NCBI RefSeq assembly: GCF_964355755.1
Contig: NC_092680.1
Location: forward strand, 13,897,045-13,961,044
DNA from: Antedon mediterranea
Lineage: Eukaryota; Animalia; Echinodermata
Direction of reading: 5' to 3'
Length of the DNA: 64,000 bases
Both the position numbers and the translations under genes were made by a program. Positions 1 to 12,800 of the stretch are shown piece by piece; the stretch's first letter is position 1; every line of letters starts with the position of its first letter. Below the pieces are notes generated by a model. It was given only the letters and a program-made list of their open reading frames with translations. It ran no database searches and had not been told where the DNA came from.

Positions 1-568
1 CCAAGCAGCATAATTACTTACCCGTTAGTACCACCGAGCAGCATAATTACTTACCCGTTAGTACCACCGAGCAGCATAATTACTTACCCGTTAGTACCAC
101 CAAGCAGCATAATTACTTACCCGTTAGTACCACCAAGCAGCATAATTACTTACCCGTTAGTACCACCGAGCAGCATAATTACTTACCCGTTAGTACCACC
201 GAGCACCATAATTACTTACCCGTTAGTACCACCGAGCAGCATAATTACTTACCCGTTAGTACCACCGAGCAGCATAATTACTTACCCGTTAGTACCACCG
301 AGCAGCATAATTACTTACCCGTTAGTACCACCGAGCAGCATAATTACTTACCCGTTAGTACCACCGAGCAGCATAATTACTTACCCGTTAGTACCACCGA
401 GCAGCATAATTACTTACCCGTTAGTACCACCGAGCAGCATAATTACTTACCCGTTAGTACCACCGAGCAGCATAATTACTTACCCGTTAGTACCACCGAG
501 CAGCATAATTACTTACCCGTTAGTACCACCGAGCAGCATAATTACTTACCCGTTAGTACCACCGAGCA
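1..568. repeat. 33-bp minisatellite (CCGAGCAGCATAATTACTTACCCGTTAGTACCA)n, ~17 copies, open at window start
   Basis: Near-identical head-to-tail units with no spacers; rare G>A and G>C variants. Confidence 0.97.
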
Positions 569-569
569 A

Positions 570-1300
570 TTCATGTGTAGATTTCTTTGTATTCATTCAT
601 TTTGTTTTGTTTGTATGTGTTCTGTAATATTTTTATATTTTAGTAATGTCCATTGAAATGCTCCTTGATTGTGTCTAAGTATTTTTTTCTCGGACGTCCT
701 TTCTTTTTTTTTCCATTAATTTATTGCTGTTAAACGTAACTCTTCTCATTACATGGCCGAGAATCTAAGTTGTCTTCGCTGTACACTGTTTATTAATTTT
801 CTTGTTGTAGTTCTTTGCAACACTTTTATATTATTTTGCTGGTGATCAATTATGTTAACTCCACCTTTCTTAGGTGGATTCTGATTATTTGTTTGTTTTG
901 TTGCTTACCTTCTTGGTGTTAATTTTATCAAATTTGTTATATGTCTTAATAGAGAATTGAATTGATCATTTGAAATATGTGCAAACCAATGAGGAATCTT
1001 CAGAACTCTCCTTAAAAACTACATCTCTGCTGCTTCTAACCTATTTCTTATGGCATTGCTTATTGTCCATGTTTCACAACTATACAGTAAGGTTGTCCAC
1101 ACATACGTTTTTAACACACAGTCTAATTTACATGAAAATCTTTTCACATTTTAAAATACTCTTTCGTTTTTTGTATGCATTCTTTGCAATGGCAATTATG
1201 GCCATAATTACTGTATTACACTTTCCGCCGGCTGTGTTAATGCGTCAAAGGTATTTGGTACTTTGAACTCTACTCCTTCCATCAACTATAATATCATAAT
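570..1300 (-). mobile_element. Decayed RTE-clade LINE, 3' part of the RT ORF
   Basis: Minus-strand translation gives KYL*RINTAGGKC..IAIAKNAYKKRKSIL, KTYVWTTLLYSCETWTISNAIRNRLEAAEM*FLRRVLKIP, QRRQLRF.GHVMRR and GKKRKGRPRKKYLD. These match the RTE/BovB C-terminal motifs (LLYGCETW, EAAEMWFLRR, GHVMR, GRPR). Stops, frameshifts and an insertion at ~830-950 are present. Confidence 0.85.
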
Positions 1301-1879
1301 ATAAGTAGTACATATATTAATGTAATTATACTTCTTTTGTTTTAGCGTTTCATCATGACATTGTCAGAACATATTGTTCAGTGTGAAAACAGAAATGTTC
1401 CATTTCGTACTCCTTGGTTCAATTATGCCATACAGCGATTAGCTGAAATGTTCACAATGGTAAGTACTGATTGAAAAAATGAATTGATTGCCTGGATTAT
1501 TATAAATGCTATCGTTTATTATGTGAGTGTGCATCTAATGGAAAAGTTTTCTATAGACACAGTTGACTATACTTATTCAAATTAGTATTTTCTATAGGTT
1601 TACTTTGCCAATAGTCATTAAATTTTCAGCTGTGCCAATAGAAAACTTTACATTTTAAAGCATGGTCAACTGTATTCACGGTCTATTGTGTTGATAGTCA
1701 GTACCTAGATAACGTTATATTATTGCACTGTTAGCTATTTACTAACTAGGCAATCGCATGATAGTGATAATTATATAGATAAATTTGATTAATATAAAAA
1801 ATATATTTTAACCTTTGCCTCTAAAGCTTACCAATGGTATTTGTTAAAAGTTGTATTTTAAAGATATTAACACCATATA

Positions 1880-3164
1880 CAGGGATGTCACCAGCATTTC
1901 ATGAGTGGTTGTCAGCCATCCCCCCTCCCCCCCCCCAACAAAAAATCGGGGGGGGGGGGGGGTTGACCGGCTACTCCGCCAAACCCATGCATTTCATAAT
2001 AAGGTCGGAAAAAGTGCATTACGAATCTAAAATGTTTTTTGTGAGGTAACAAGGTGTGCAAATTAAATTATTGAGTCAATTTTGACCGACGGAGGACTAA
2101 GTTGTAAATTACTCGGAAGCATTTATTAATAAATATTAGTCGTAACCGTTTTTTTGTGGTGTTTTTTTTATCTACTTGACTCGACGGCGAATACATATAA
2201 ATATAAATTTCCCACAGTAGAGGCATGATGGCACCACATGGTGAACCACAATGAACTAGTAGTAGTGCTGAATAGGCTTAGGCCAACTTCTAAAAATAAA
2301 ACGTCCAGTTGATCCAGAAACGATGCCGACAACAAAAGATCGTTAACATTCTAAATATAGTATCGGAACGTCGATCGCGCGCACAGACCTAGATTTTGTT
2401 TGTGGCTCAATGGCAGGCCTGGAAATAACGCGACGAAGGTCGTGTACGTACCTAGATTTTGTGTCACATGACATGAAACGCGATACTCTCTCTTCTCTAA
2501 ATTAACTGTTCCCACCACACGTAGCACATGTTTTTTTTCACTCAAAATTAATTATGGTCGGAGTTAGCTACAGAATACTAGAGCCATTTTCATTACAGTG
2601 ACATCATGTAATAATTGAATAAGCCTAGACCCTAGGCCTATGTTAAATCTTAACATGGAATATATTGATTTTGCATATATTTTGTTTATGTTTACGTTGG
2701 CATATTTATAATTCGCTAAGCCAAGGTAGGATTAAAAAATTTAGCGTAAGCCTAGACCGCCAAAACTAGACTCCACTCCGATGTTGATTCGGCGCACGAT
2801 GTCGTCTCGTCCGGCTAAATTAGGCTAATGTGTCGTCTCCTACTAGGCCTAGCCTTAGGGAGGATTTTTAGGCGGCGCCGATTTTAATTAGTGAACAGTA
2901 CATTGTTAATTTGCATTGTCTATGCGTTTTCTAAAAAAAGGCGATGAAAATGTTGTTTATTAACTCTACGAACCACCCTATGATCGAAGCGTTGATAATT
3001 ATAATAACAATACATCGTATCGTAGTGTAGTAAGTTACGAACAATAGGCTACGATCTACATTCGTAAATATAGTGGTGGTCGGCGTCATGAAAATGGTGG
3101 TCGGAAATTCCGAGTGCCTGGTGGACGGGCCTGTCCATCGCCGACCACCGTGGTGACATCCCTG
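1880..3164. mobile_element. Non-autonomous TIR DNA transposon (hAT-like termini)
   Basis: Perfect 14-bp TIR CAGGGATGTCACCA (1880) / TGGTGACATCCCTG (3151-3164). CATATA flanks both ends; no perfect 8-bp TSD. No transposase ORF. Confidence 0.75.
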
Positions 3165-4014
3165 CATATAGGTAATACATTTTTCAGTTGTCTCCATAAT
3201 GATTAGAATACCCTAATAAAAATTAACCCCTGTATGCTTGTTTTCTTTCTTCTCAAATTTACAGCATTATGGACATTAACATCATTTTGGTTATCAATAT
3301 TTAAATATTAATGCAAGTTCTCTCCCCTAATTTTCTAATCTATTTCTAAACAAGCTATCCATTTTGTGTTGCCTTTTTTCTATTAAATTTTTCATTGTAT
3401 CAATATGAAAGTTTATCAATGATAAAGTATTCAATTAAGATAATGTTATCAGCAATGATATGTGTTGAAATTTAACCTTTGCAATGCATTTGTGATAAAT
3501 AAAGTAGCAGCAAGCAATTATAATTGTTGAAAGTTAAACCTATATTGCATATGTGTTTTTTTTGTAAAAAAAATGTTTGTTGTAATAGTCAAATGTAATA
3601 GTCAAATTAAATAATGTAAATAGGTCATTTATTAAATAGGTCATTTATTAAATAGGGCATTTATTAAATTTTGAGACATTTTCATACCAAACAAAAAATG
3701 AAAGAACATCAATTGAATTTACCCATTTTTACCCGATTATCAATTGTAGGTGATCGATCATCTATCGTTTAACACTTCTTAATTGTTTTTTTTCCCCATT
3801 TTTTTTTAGCACTACAGCCAAGTGTTCAAATACATCAATACTCTGGAAAGCCTTATCTTTACCAATGATATAGACTCCAACATCTTACAAGTTTTCAGTC
3901 AGTTCCGCTCAATGACATCATAGTTTTATAACTTTTACCATTCCCTTATTTTCTACTTTTATTATGCCAATGTGGCTATCATTGTACAAATTTAGTGTTC
4001 AGATAAAGCTATAA

Positions 4015-4471
4015 AGCTAAGTTCACACTGAGCCCGGATTCCGGTCCGGCCTTTGTTAGGGCCTACCTACTACTAGCTAGCTAGCTAGCTAATAAATAAA
4101 TACATTTAACTACAGCTTCCTACCTAGCTAGTACTAGCTTTAATTAATTAATTAATAGTACCATAGTCTAATTAAATATCGTTTAAAACAGTCCTATCAT
4201 TACCCCGTAGCTTTCGCACCTTTGGGCAAACAACATACACATAGACTTTGTTGCATTTTAAAGAATATCATTAGTATGCGCACAAGATTGGCATAAACCC
4301 ACGAGGGTCTGTAAACAAAAGATGTTGTACAAAAGTTGTGACATGACACAACCTTGAGGAACACCATTAGTAACATTGAAACCTTCAGATAACGCAAAAA
4401 AAACGCTTCTATTCTTTAACACTAAACCCATTTGTCATGATCTTTTCTCTAATACCAGTGTGAACGTAGCT
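4015..4471. mobile_element. MITE, PIF/Harbinger-like
   Basis: TIR AGCTAAGTTCACACTG / CAGTGTGAACGTAGCT (1 mismatch); flanks are TAA and TTA (TWA-type target). Confidence 0.65.
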
Positions 4472-5947
4472 TTAAGGAAAACAGGGAAAATTTGGATAAA
4501 ATTTGCTTGATACAGGGTGCATTATGAAGGAGACACCATGGATACATAAATTCAATAAAAGAACCAGGATTAATTGATTGATTGATACAGTAGCTTACAC
4601 CCTAAGTAATTTATGTGTGTAGCATATCGTAGAATAAGTCTGTTATTATGGTTAATTATAAAGAATAAAGAGCATGTACACCGTATATAGAGCTGCATCT
4701 CATTCTCATCAGGAAGTTATTCACATACACTTGAAAATAAACATTTTTTTCTTTGTCTTCTATATGTTTATTTCCTTCTTCTTATATACAAATAGAACTT
4801 TTATTTCCCACAATGTGTACAGTTTGGCCTATTATACAATTATTAAAATTATGATTTATATGCTATTTACACTGCATTGTAATTTGTATAGTCAATGGCA
4901 AGCTATTGTAATTATGTGTATTACGAACTGTTGAAAATAACTGTTTTGTGTAACGTTACATATCATGCTTTACAAGGTTGAGTATTTGGAATATGATGTA
5001 ATGAAGGATTGTTGGATATCACTCATTTGTAATGTTATTTTTGCTTTAGAACTCGAGTCATCATTTAGAAGAACTGCAAAGAATGTTCACATAGTATTGA
5101 AGATACAGTGTCCATATTGAATTGACAGAATTGTTTGTACACCTAATTTACTGGGTAATAATTATTGTGAGTGAAAGTGTCATTTTGTAAGGGAGTAGTG
5201 ATGGAAAGAGGATTGGATTGACTATGGAATCTAAGTGAATATAGATGTTGTTATTCATTGGTATTTGGGAAATTCACAACTACTCTTATGTTTATAGACA
5301 ATTTCTTCCCATGTCATACTAAAGCTACTGAAATGTTTGAGAAATATAAATCAATCTTCATCAACACGCACTTCATTTGCTTGTTTGTCAAGAACTAAAT
5401 AGTGTACAGTATTTTGTTTTGTTTGTAATTTGTTTAAATATTTTTACTGTCATTCAGTTCTTTTTTTTTATAATTCATACTTTTTATTATTTTAACCTAA
5501 TAAAATATTATTTTAAAACTGTACAAATATTGATAATTTTTAATTGATTTCTTTTTTGGAGGATGAATACTGATGGATCCAAAGAGACTAGAAACTTATT
5601 TGCATATATTTTTTGATGAACACCTAATTAATTAAAATCCACATTCCTTGGGATTAATATAGTAACTTGTATTGCCTGCCGGTTTCAGGGCCGTAGCCAG
5701 CATAAAGCAGACATCTGACATTTTCACAGCACAGAATGTCATATTTGATATTCATAATTATAAGTATCTTTGCCTTGTTTTTTTTAAAACACATTTTAGT
5801 TTGTATATTTGTTGTTATTTTCTAAAAGAATTAAAATAAGATCCAAATGGAATTGTGTTTTATTTTCTATACCAAGCAGATGTATTTTGTCTCCTAAAAA
5901 TTATAACATAGAATAGAAATTATAATTAATTCATTTAATCAACCTTA

Positions 5948-6266
5948 ATATAATAATAATAATAATAATACCAGATTTATATAGCGCCCTTTTCATGAGT
6001 AATCATGCTCAAAGGCGCTTTACAAGCATTATTACCCCAGTATTTTTTGGGATCAAACACGTATGGAAACATACTCCCATAATGCAGCCGGTAACCAGCG
6101 CAGTTGTGTCTAGATCTAACTGGGTACCCATTTATACACCTGGGTGGAGAGAGGCAACGTAAGTAAAGTATCTTGCCTACGGATACAAGCAATGCGGCGA
6201 GAGTTGGATTCGAACCCAGGTCTGATGATCGGTAGTCCAACGTCCAACACACTGCGCCACACGCCC
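5948..6266 (-). mobile_element. tRNA-derived SINE family 1 (CORE-like central domain), copy 1
   Basis: Minus strand has an A-box-like TGGCGCAGTGTG, B box GGTTCGAATCC, body GGCAAGATACTTTAC...CTCTCCACCCAGGTGTATAAATGGGTACC, and 3' GGCGCTATATAAAT plus (ATT)n tail. Second copy at 39189. Confidence 0.85.
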
Positions 6267-6364
6267 TCACTTGGCCACCTTAAGGTGGCCAAGTAAAAAA
6301 AAATTCTTTTCTTTAAAATTTGCACAGTGAGAAAGGCTTGGTTGAAACATTACATGGACATATA

Positions 6365-7245
6365 AAACTAGAAAGCCACTCCCAAGAGTACATACCTCCA
6401 TCTACTGTAAAAATGTCCTACATAAGATTTCTCCAGAAAAATATATAAATCCAATAGCAAAATACGGAAAAAATGACAATGCTGTGGGTATCAGAAATGA
6501 AAATAATTCTTCAGAATTCACGATGACCCAATTTTTAAAACTTATTCTGGAATCCATTGAGTTGTAGATATGAATTCATGTACACATTTCATGTACAAAA
6601 TGTTGTAACGTCATCAAATGGCCACTTAAATTGAAAAATTAGGTTTTTGTCAACATTTTGATGAATAACGTAGGTCGTGTAATTTCACCTACACCATATT
6701 TTTTAATATCTTACAGCTCTTTAGAATTAAAGGTGACCTTGATGATTATAATTTATTATGAAAGCTGATGAAATGTAGATATGAATTCATATAAAAATTA
6801 AGCCTATCGGATGTTGTGACGTTATGAAATGGCCAGTTGAAGTTAAAAAGTAGTTTTTTTCTCTCTTTCGTCAAATTTATACAAATATCAAAGTGCGCGC
6901 TTCTACGTGCCAAATTTTCTTCCAAATCTTATAATTTTTTGCTCAATTCATTATCTTTTGAAATGTTTATTTTTACGTCATCATCATACCAAAAAATTAG
7001 AACATGGTGTGGAGTATATATTATATGACACATATTAATAGGCACCAATCAGCACCATAAACATATATGCATCAGGTAATAGGATTGCATAAATCAATAT
7101 TTTGCCATCATATTTAACGTACGTGCATGTTTTTTTAAACATTAAATATCAGTAAAATGATAAAAATTATCACCTATAATTAGTCAAAGTGACAATTAAA
7201 TTCTGGTTGTTATACTGTCACAAAAGTTATTTTTCTGATTTCAAG
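6365..7245. mobile_element. Mosaic of Helentron/DINE-1-like fragments with a short Penelope-like piece
   Basis: 6365-6445 matches the head of the 52424 element. ~6446-6495 matches the Penelope-like repeat at 33124. 6660-6860 is the reverse complement of 48440-48630. Confidence 0.65.
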
Positions 7246-7248
7246 ATA

Positions 7249-7473
7249 TTGGGGACCCCTTTGGAAATTGGGGACCCCTTTGGAAACTGGGGACCCCTTT
7301 GGAAACAAGCCTCTGGGCTTAAAGGGCCATCCCCTGCTTTCCATGCTTATTTTCTTGTCTAGTCTTGTATTTTTATATTTAATTGTTTCTCTTTTTATTT
7401 CATTTACATTATACTGTTTTATTTATTTGTACTGTATTTGGAAAGCAATAAATATTACTTACTTACTTACTTA
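7249..7473 (+). mobile_element. 5'-truncated LINE 3' UTR with triplicated 19-bp 5' end and (TTAC)n tail
   Basis: (TGGGGACCCCTTTGGAAAY)x3, then a pyrimidine-rich UTR, AATAAA and ATTACTTACTTACTTAC. Confidence 0.55.
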
Positions 7474-8309
7474 TGTTATTTGTAAAGTAATGGCATAAAA
7501 ATTAAACTGAATTTAAATGGAATCAAACCAAAATGTAGAGCAGACATTAGTACTCTACATTGATATAAAGAACTAAATGTTTGAGCAAGAAAAACTTTAC
7601 TTATTTTTTATTAAACCCTACCCTAAATTGTTAAATAATTTAGAACTGAGTGTTTTTTTAACTTATGTACGTACATATTCATAGCTATAAACATGTACAG
7701 TACATAATGATGCTTAAATGAATCAGATTTTATATTAGGCCTATATATATGAAAATTTTAAATATTTTAAAAATAATAGTCTTAGCATATTTTAAAAATA
7801 ATATTTACATGTTTTAGATACGGTTATTTTCATTATTTATAAAAAACATAACCTTATTTCCTTATGTGACGTCATTAATTATATAATTACAATCAAATTA
7901 CATCAAAATATAGAGACATTGCTTTATACTTTGATATCGGCACTATACATGGGAAACTGCACTTACAGATATTTGTGTTCCATACCCCAAAATTGTCCAA
8001 AATTCTGGAACTGATTGGTATAGTTAGAAATACGTTAAAAATCCCACCTTAGGGATTGGTCCTTATGTGACGAAATTAATTATCTAGTTACAATGAACTT
8101 ACATAAAAAGGAAAGAGACATTGTTTTATACATTGATATCTGCATTACCTTACCCCAAAATTGTCAAAAATTCTGGAACTTATTGGTATAAAATCTCACC
8201 TTAGGGATGAGAATATTTAATGTTTTTTGTTTACTGGCTACGTAGTAGACCACTCATAACCAATGTACTACTGTCTTTTGTTGCTTGTAATCCCTCTATG
8301 ACAAGATGT

Positions 8310-9290
8310 TTTTTTTTCTCTTTTGTGGCGCAAACACCACTTTTATTCACATTCATATTATCTCATATTACATAAAATCGTATTATTTAACTTGTAAATG
8401 TCGTTACAGTTCATAAGTAACATTTTTACATATATGAATTCTGTATTACTCCTTTTTTCATTAATTTTCGTATATTTTGTTATACACTTGACAGGATCAT
8501 CATTGTCATCTATCCCGTTTTAAAATAGTTCACACATTTTCATTTGTTTGTTTTCATTTTACAACCCGGATTATACAATATATTTATATACATGATAAAA
8601 AAAAACAATAATAACTCAGTACCACCAGTAACCCGTATCACTGTAATTCTTTTTCGGTTAATCGTATCAAATTAGAAATTATATTATCATAATCTTATTT
8701 CTTAAAGCTACCCATTTTTCTATACTTGTTTCTTTATTGTTATATGTTTCACATTCAATGTTATATAACATATTGCTTTTAAATGAATTCCATAAAGATT
8801 TACCCACTGGCTTATTTAGTGCAGATAACATTTTTATTCTATAAATAGTAAATGCTGCAAAAGTGTAAATATAATCTATTAGCTTATCTCCCGTTCCTAG
8901 TATTAATTGTTTAAATGATATATTATTGTGATTTAAACTTACAAAGATACTAAGCATTTTCCTCCAATATTTCTGAATAAATCTACAAATAAAAAACAAA
9001 TGATTTTCATTTTCAATTTCTCCACATTTGTCACACGTTTGTGTTTCCTTAACTTTCCACTGATACAGCCGTTTGTTGGTAGGCAGTATTCTATGTAACA
9101 TCTTATAATTGAATTGTGCTAGTTTCTTATCTTTCATTTTACATACTTTCCGTAACCAAGAAGTTTTCCAATCAATGTTGTTATCATTGAAGTACTCTTC
9201 CCATTTTAGTTGTGACATTGGAATAATGAAATATTCTTTCACAAACCATGAGTATATTAGTTTGGTAGTATTAATCTCATACTTGGTCCC
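8310..9290 (-). mobile_element. 5'-truncated Tx1/L1-clade LINE (zf-RVT C-terminus plus 3' UTR)
   Basis: ORF 8679-9242 has W..YF..IDWK..W, FNYKMLHRILPTN.RL..WK and CDKC..E...HLFF.C..IQKYW, the CCHC zinc-binding region downstream of RT. AATAAA and an A-rich tail lie at ~8310-8347 on the minus strand. Confidence 0.85.
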
Positions 9291-9811
9291 AAGATGTTAA
9301 GGTGTCTCCTGATTTGTTAATTATAATAATTTAATTGACTACTTTTATCAGTCTGTGTGCAAGGTTATCACACAATTTTCCTTGGAGTTGTGTTTTCTAT
9401 AAATATATTTGGTTAGATGGAACAACTCGGTCACCATGTACTTCATTTGAGTGAAAATCTAAATACTCTTGCAGTAAGATCTAATTGGATACCATAAAGG
9501 ATATTACATTTAAAATCGACAGTCCCTTTCTTTTTTATGCAAGTTATGGGTTTAAAAAAAAACAAAACAAAAAATAAAGAATACTAAAATCAAACATTGA
9601 AAAGTCAGGTTATTAAAAAAAAATGATTTAGCTTATAAACAAGTTAAAAAACAGTAAATCAAATACAAACCCATTGACTTCCAGACAATGTGCATCCAGT
9701 TTAGGATACCTTTTTTCACTTAAGCCTTTGAAATTTAACCTAGTGTTTCCAAAAGAAAGCACAGATTAAATTCACATTTATATTTGTACTTAATACATTC
9801 TAATTCAAAAT

Positions 9812-12800
9812 CAAGAGCATCTTGATTGTTTACTACTTGTTACAAGAGCACCTTGATTATTTAATACTTGTGGCAAGAGCACCTTGATTGTTTACTACTT
9901 GTTACAAGAGCACCTTGATTATTTAATACTTGTGGCAAGAGCATCTTGATTGTTTACTACTTGTGGCAAGAGCACCTTGATTGTTTACTACTTGTGACAA
10001 GAGCACCTTGATTGTTTACTAATTGTGGCAAGAGCACCTTGATTGTTTACTACTTGTGGCAAGATCACCTTGATTGTTTACTAATTGTGGCAAGAGCATC
10101 TTGATTGTTTACTAGTTGTGGCAAGAGCACCTTCATTGTTTACTTCTTGTGGCAAGAGCACCTTAATTGTTTACTACCTGTGGCAAGAGCACCTTGTTTG
10201 TTTACTACTTGCAGCAAGAGCATCTTGATTGTTTACTACTTGTGGCAAGAGCACCTTGATTGTTTACTACTTTTGGCAAGAGCATCTTGATTGTTTACTA
10301 CTTTTGGCAAGAGCATCTTGATTGTTTACTACTGGTGGCAAGATCACCTTGATTGTTTACTACTTGTGGCAAGAGAATCTTGATTGTTTACTACTGGTGG
10401 CAAGATCACCTTGATTGTTTACTACTTGTGGCAAGAGAATCTTGATTGTTTACTACTTGTGGCAAGAGCATCTTGATTGTTTACTACTTGTGACAGTAGC
10501 ATCTTGATTGTTTACTACTTGTGGCGAGAGCATCTTAATTGTTTACTACTTGTGACAAGAGCATCTTGATTGTTTACTACTTGTGGCAAGATTACCTTGA
10601 TTGTTTACTACTTGTGGCAAGAGCATCTTGATTGTTTACTACTTGTAGCAAGAGCATCTTGATTGTTTACTACTTGTGGCAAGAGCACCTTGATTGTTTA
10701 CTACTTGTGGCAAGAGCACCTGGATTGTTTACTACTTTTGGCAAGAGAACCTTGATTGTTTACTAGTTGTGGCAAGAGCACTTTCATTGTTTACTTCTTG
10801 TGGCAAGAGCACCTTCATTGTTTACTACTTGTGGCAAGAGCATCTTGATTGTTTACTACTTGCAACAAGGGCATCTTGATTGTTTACTACTTGTGGCAAG
10901 AGCATCTTGATTGTTTACTACTTGTGGCAAGACCACCTTGATTGTTTACTACTTGTGACAAGAGCACCTTGATTGTTTACTACTTGTGGCAAGAGCATCT
11001 TGATTGTTTACTACTTGGGGCAATAGCACCTTGATTGTTTACTACTTGTGGCAAGAGCACCTTGATTGTTTACTACTTGTGGCAATAGCACCTTGATTGT
11101 TTACTACTTGTGGCAATAGCACCTTGATTGCTTACTACTTGTTGCAAGAGCACCGTGATTGTTTACTACTTGTGGCAAGAGCATCTTGATTGTTTACTAC
11201 TTGTGGCAAGAGCATCTTGATTGTTTACTACTTGTGGCAATAGCACCTTGATTGCTTACTACTTGTGGCAAGAGCACCTTGATTGTTTACTATTTGTGGC
11301 AAGATCACCTTGATTGTTTACTACTTGTGGCAAGATCACCTTGATTGTTTACTACTTGTGGCAAGAGCATCTTGATTGTTTACTACTTGTGGCAAGAGCA
11401 TCTTGATTGTTTACTACTTGTGGCAATAGCATCTTGATTGTTTACTACTTGTGGCAAGAGCATCTTGATTGTTTACTACTTGTGGCAAGAGCATCTTGAT
11501 TGTTTACTACTTGTGGCAATAGCATCTTGATTGTTTACTACTTGTGGCAAGATCACCTTGATTGTTTACTACTTGTGGCAAGAGCATCTTGATTGTTTAC
11601 TACTTGTGACAGTAGCATCTTGATTGTTTACTACTTGTGGCGAGAGCATCTTAATTGTTTACTACTTGTGGCAAGAGCATCTTGATTGTTTACTACTTGT
11701 AGCAAGAGCATCTTGATTTTTTACTACTTGTGGCAAGAGCACCTTGATTGTTTACTACTTGTGGCAAGAGCACCTTGATTGTTTACTACTCTTGGTAAGA
11801 GAACCTTGATTGTTTACTAGTTGTGGTAAGAGCACTTTCATTGTTTACTTCTTGTGGCAAGAACACCTTCATTGTTTACTACTTGTGGCAAGAGCATCTT
11901 GATTGTTTACTACTTGCAACAAGAGCATCTTGATTGTTTACTACTTGTGGCAAGAACATCTTGATTGTTTACTACTTGTGGCAAGACCACCTTGATTGTT
12001 TACTACTTGTGACAAGAGCACCTTGATTGTTTACTACTTGTGGCAAGAGCACCTTGATTGTTTACTACTTGTGGCAAGAGCACCTTGATTGCTTACTACT
12101 TGTTGCAAGAGCACCGTGATTGTTTACTACTTGTGGCAAGAGCATCTTGATTGTTTACTACTTGTGGCAAGAGCATCTTGATTGTTTACTACTTGTGGCA
12201 ATAGCACCTTGATTGCTTACTACTTGTGGCAAGATCACCTTTATTATTTACTATGTGTGGCAAGATCACCTTGATTGTTTACTACTTGTGGCAAGAGCAT
12301 CTTGATTGTTTACAACTTGTGGCAAGAGCATCTTGATTGTTTACTACTTGTGGCAAGAGCACCTTGATTGTTTACTACTTGTGGCAAGATCACCTTGATT
12401 GTTTACTACTTGTGGCAAGAGCATCTTGATTGTTTACTAGTTGTGACAAGAGCACCTTGATTGTTTACTACTTGTGGCAATAGCATCTTGATTGTTTACT
12501 ACTTGTGACAAAAGCACCTTGATTGTTTACTAGTTGTGGCAAGAGCATCTTGATTGTTTACTACTTTTGGCAAGAGCATCTTGATTGTTTACTACTTGTG
12601 GCAAGATCACCTTGATTGTTTACTACTTGTGGCAAGATCACCTTGATTGTTTACTACTTGTGGCAAGAGCATCTTGATTGTTTACTACTTGTGACAGTAG
12701 CATCTTGATTGTTTACTACTTGTGGCGAGAGCATCTTAATTGTTTACTACTTGTGGCAAGAGCATCTTGATTGTTTACTACTTGTGGCAAGATTACCTTG

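Noticed and set aside
6195-6266. tRNA genes (also 39189 and 44773)
   Set aside because: A/B boxes are followed by SINE bodies and tails and no complete cloverleaf is evident.
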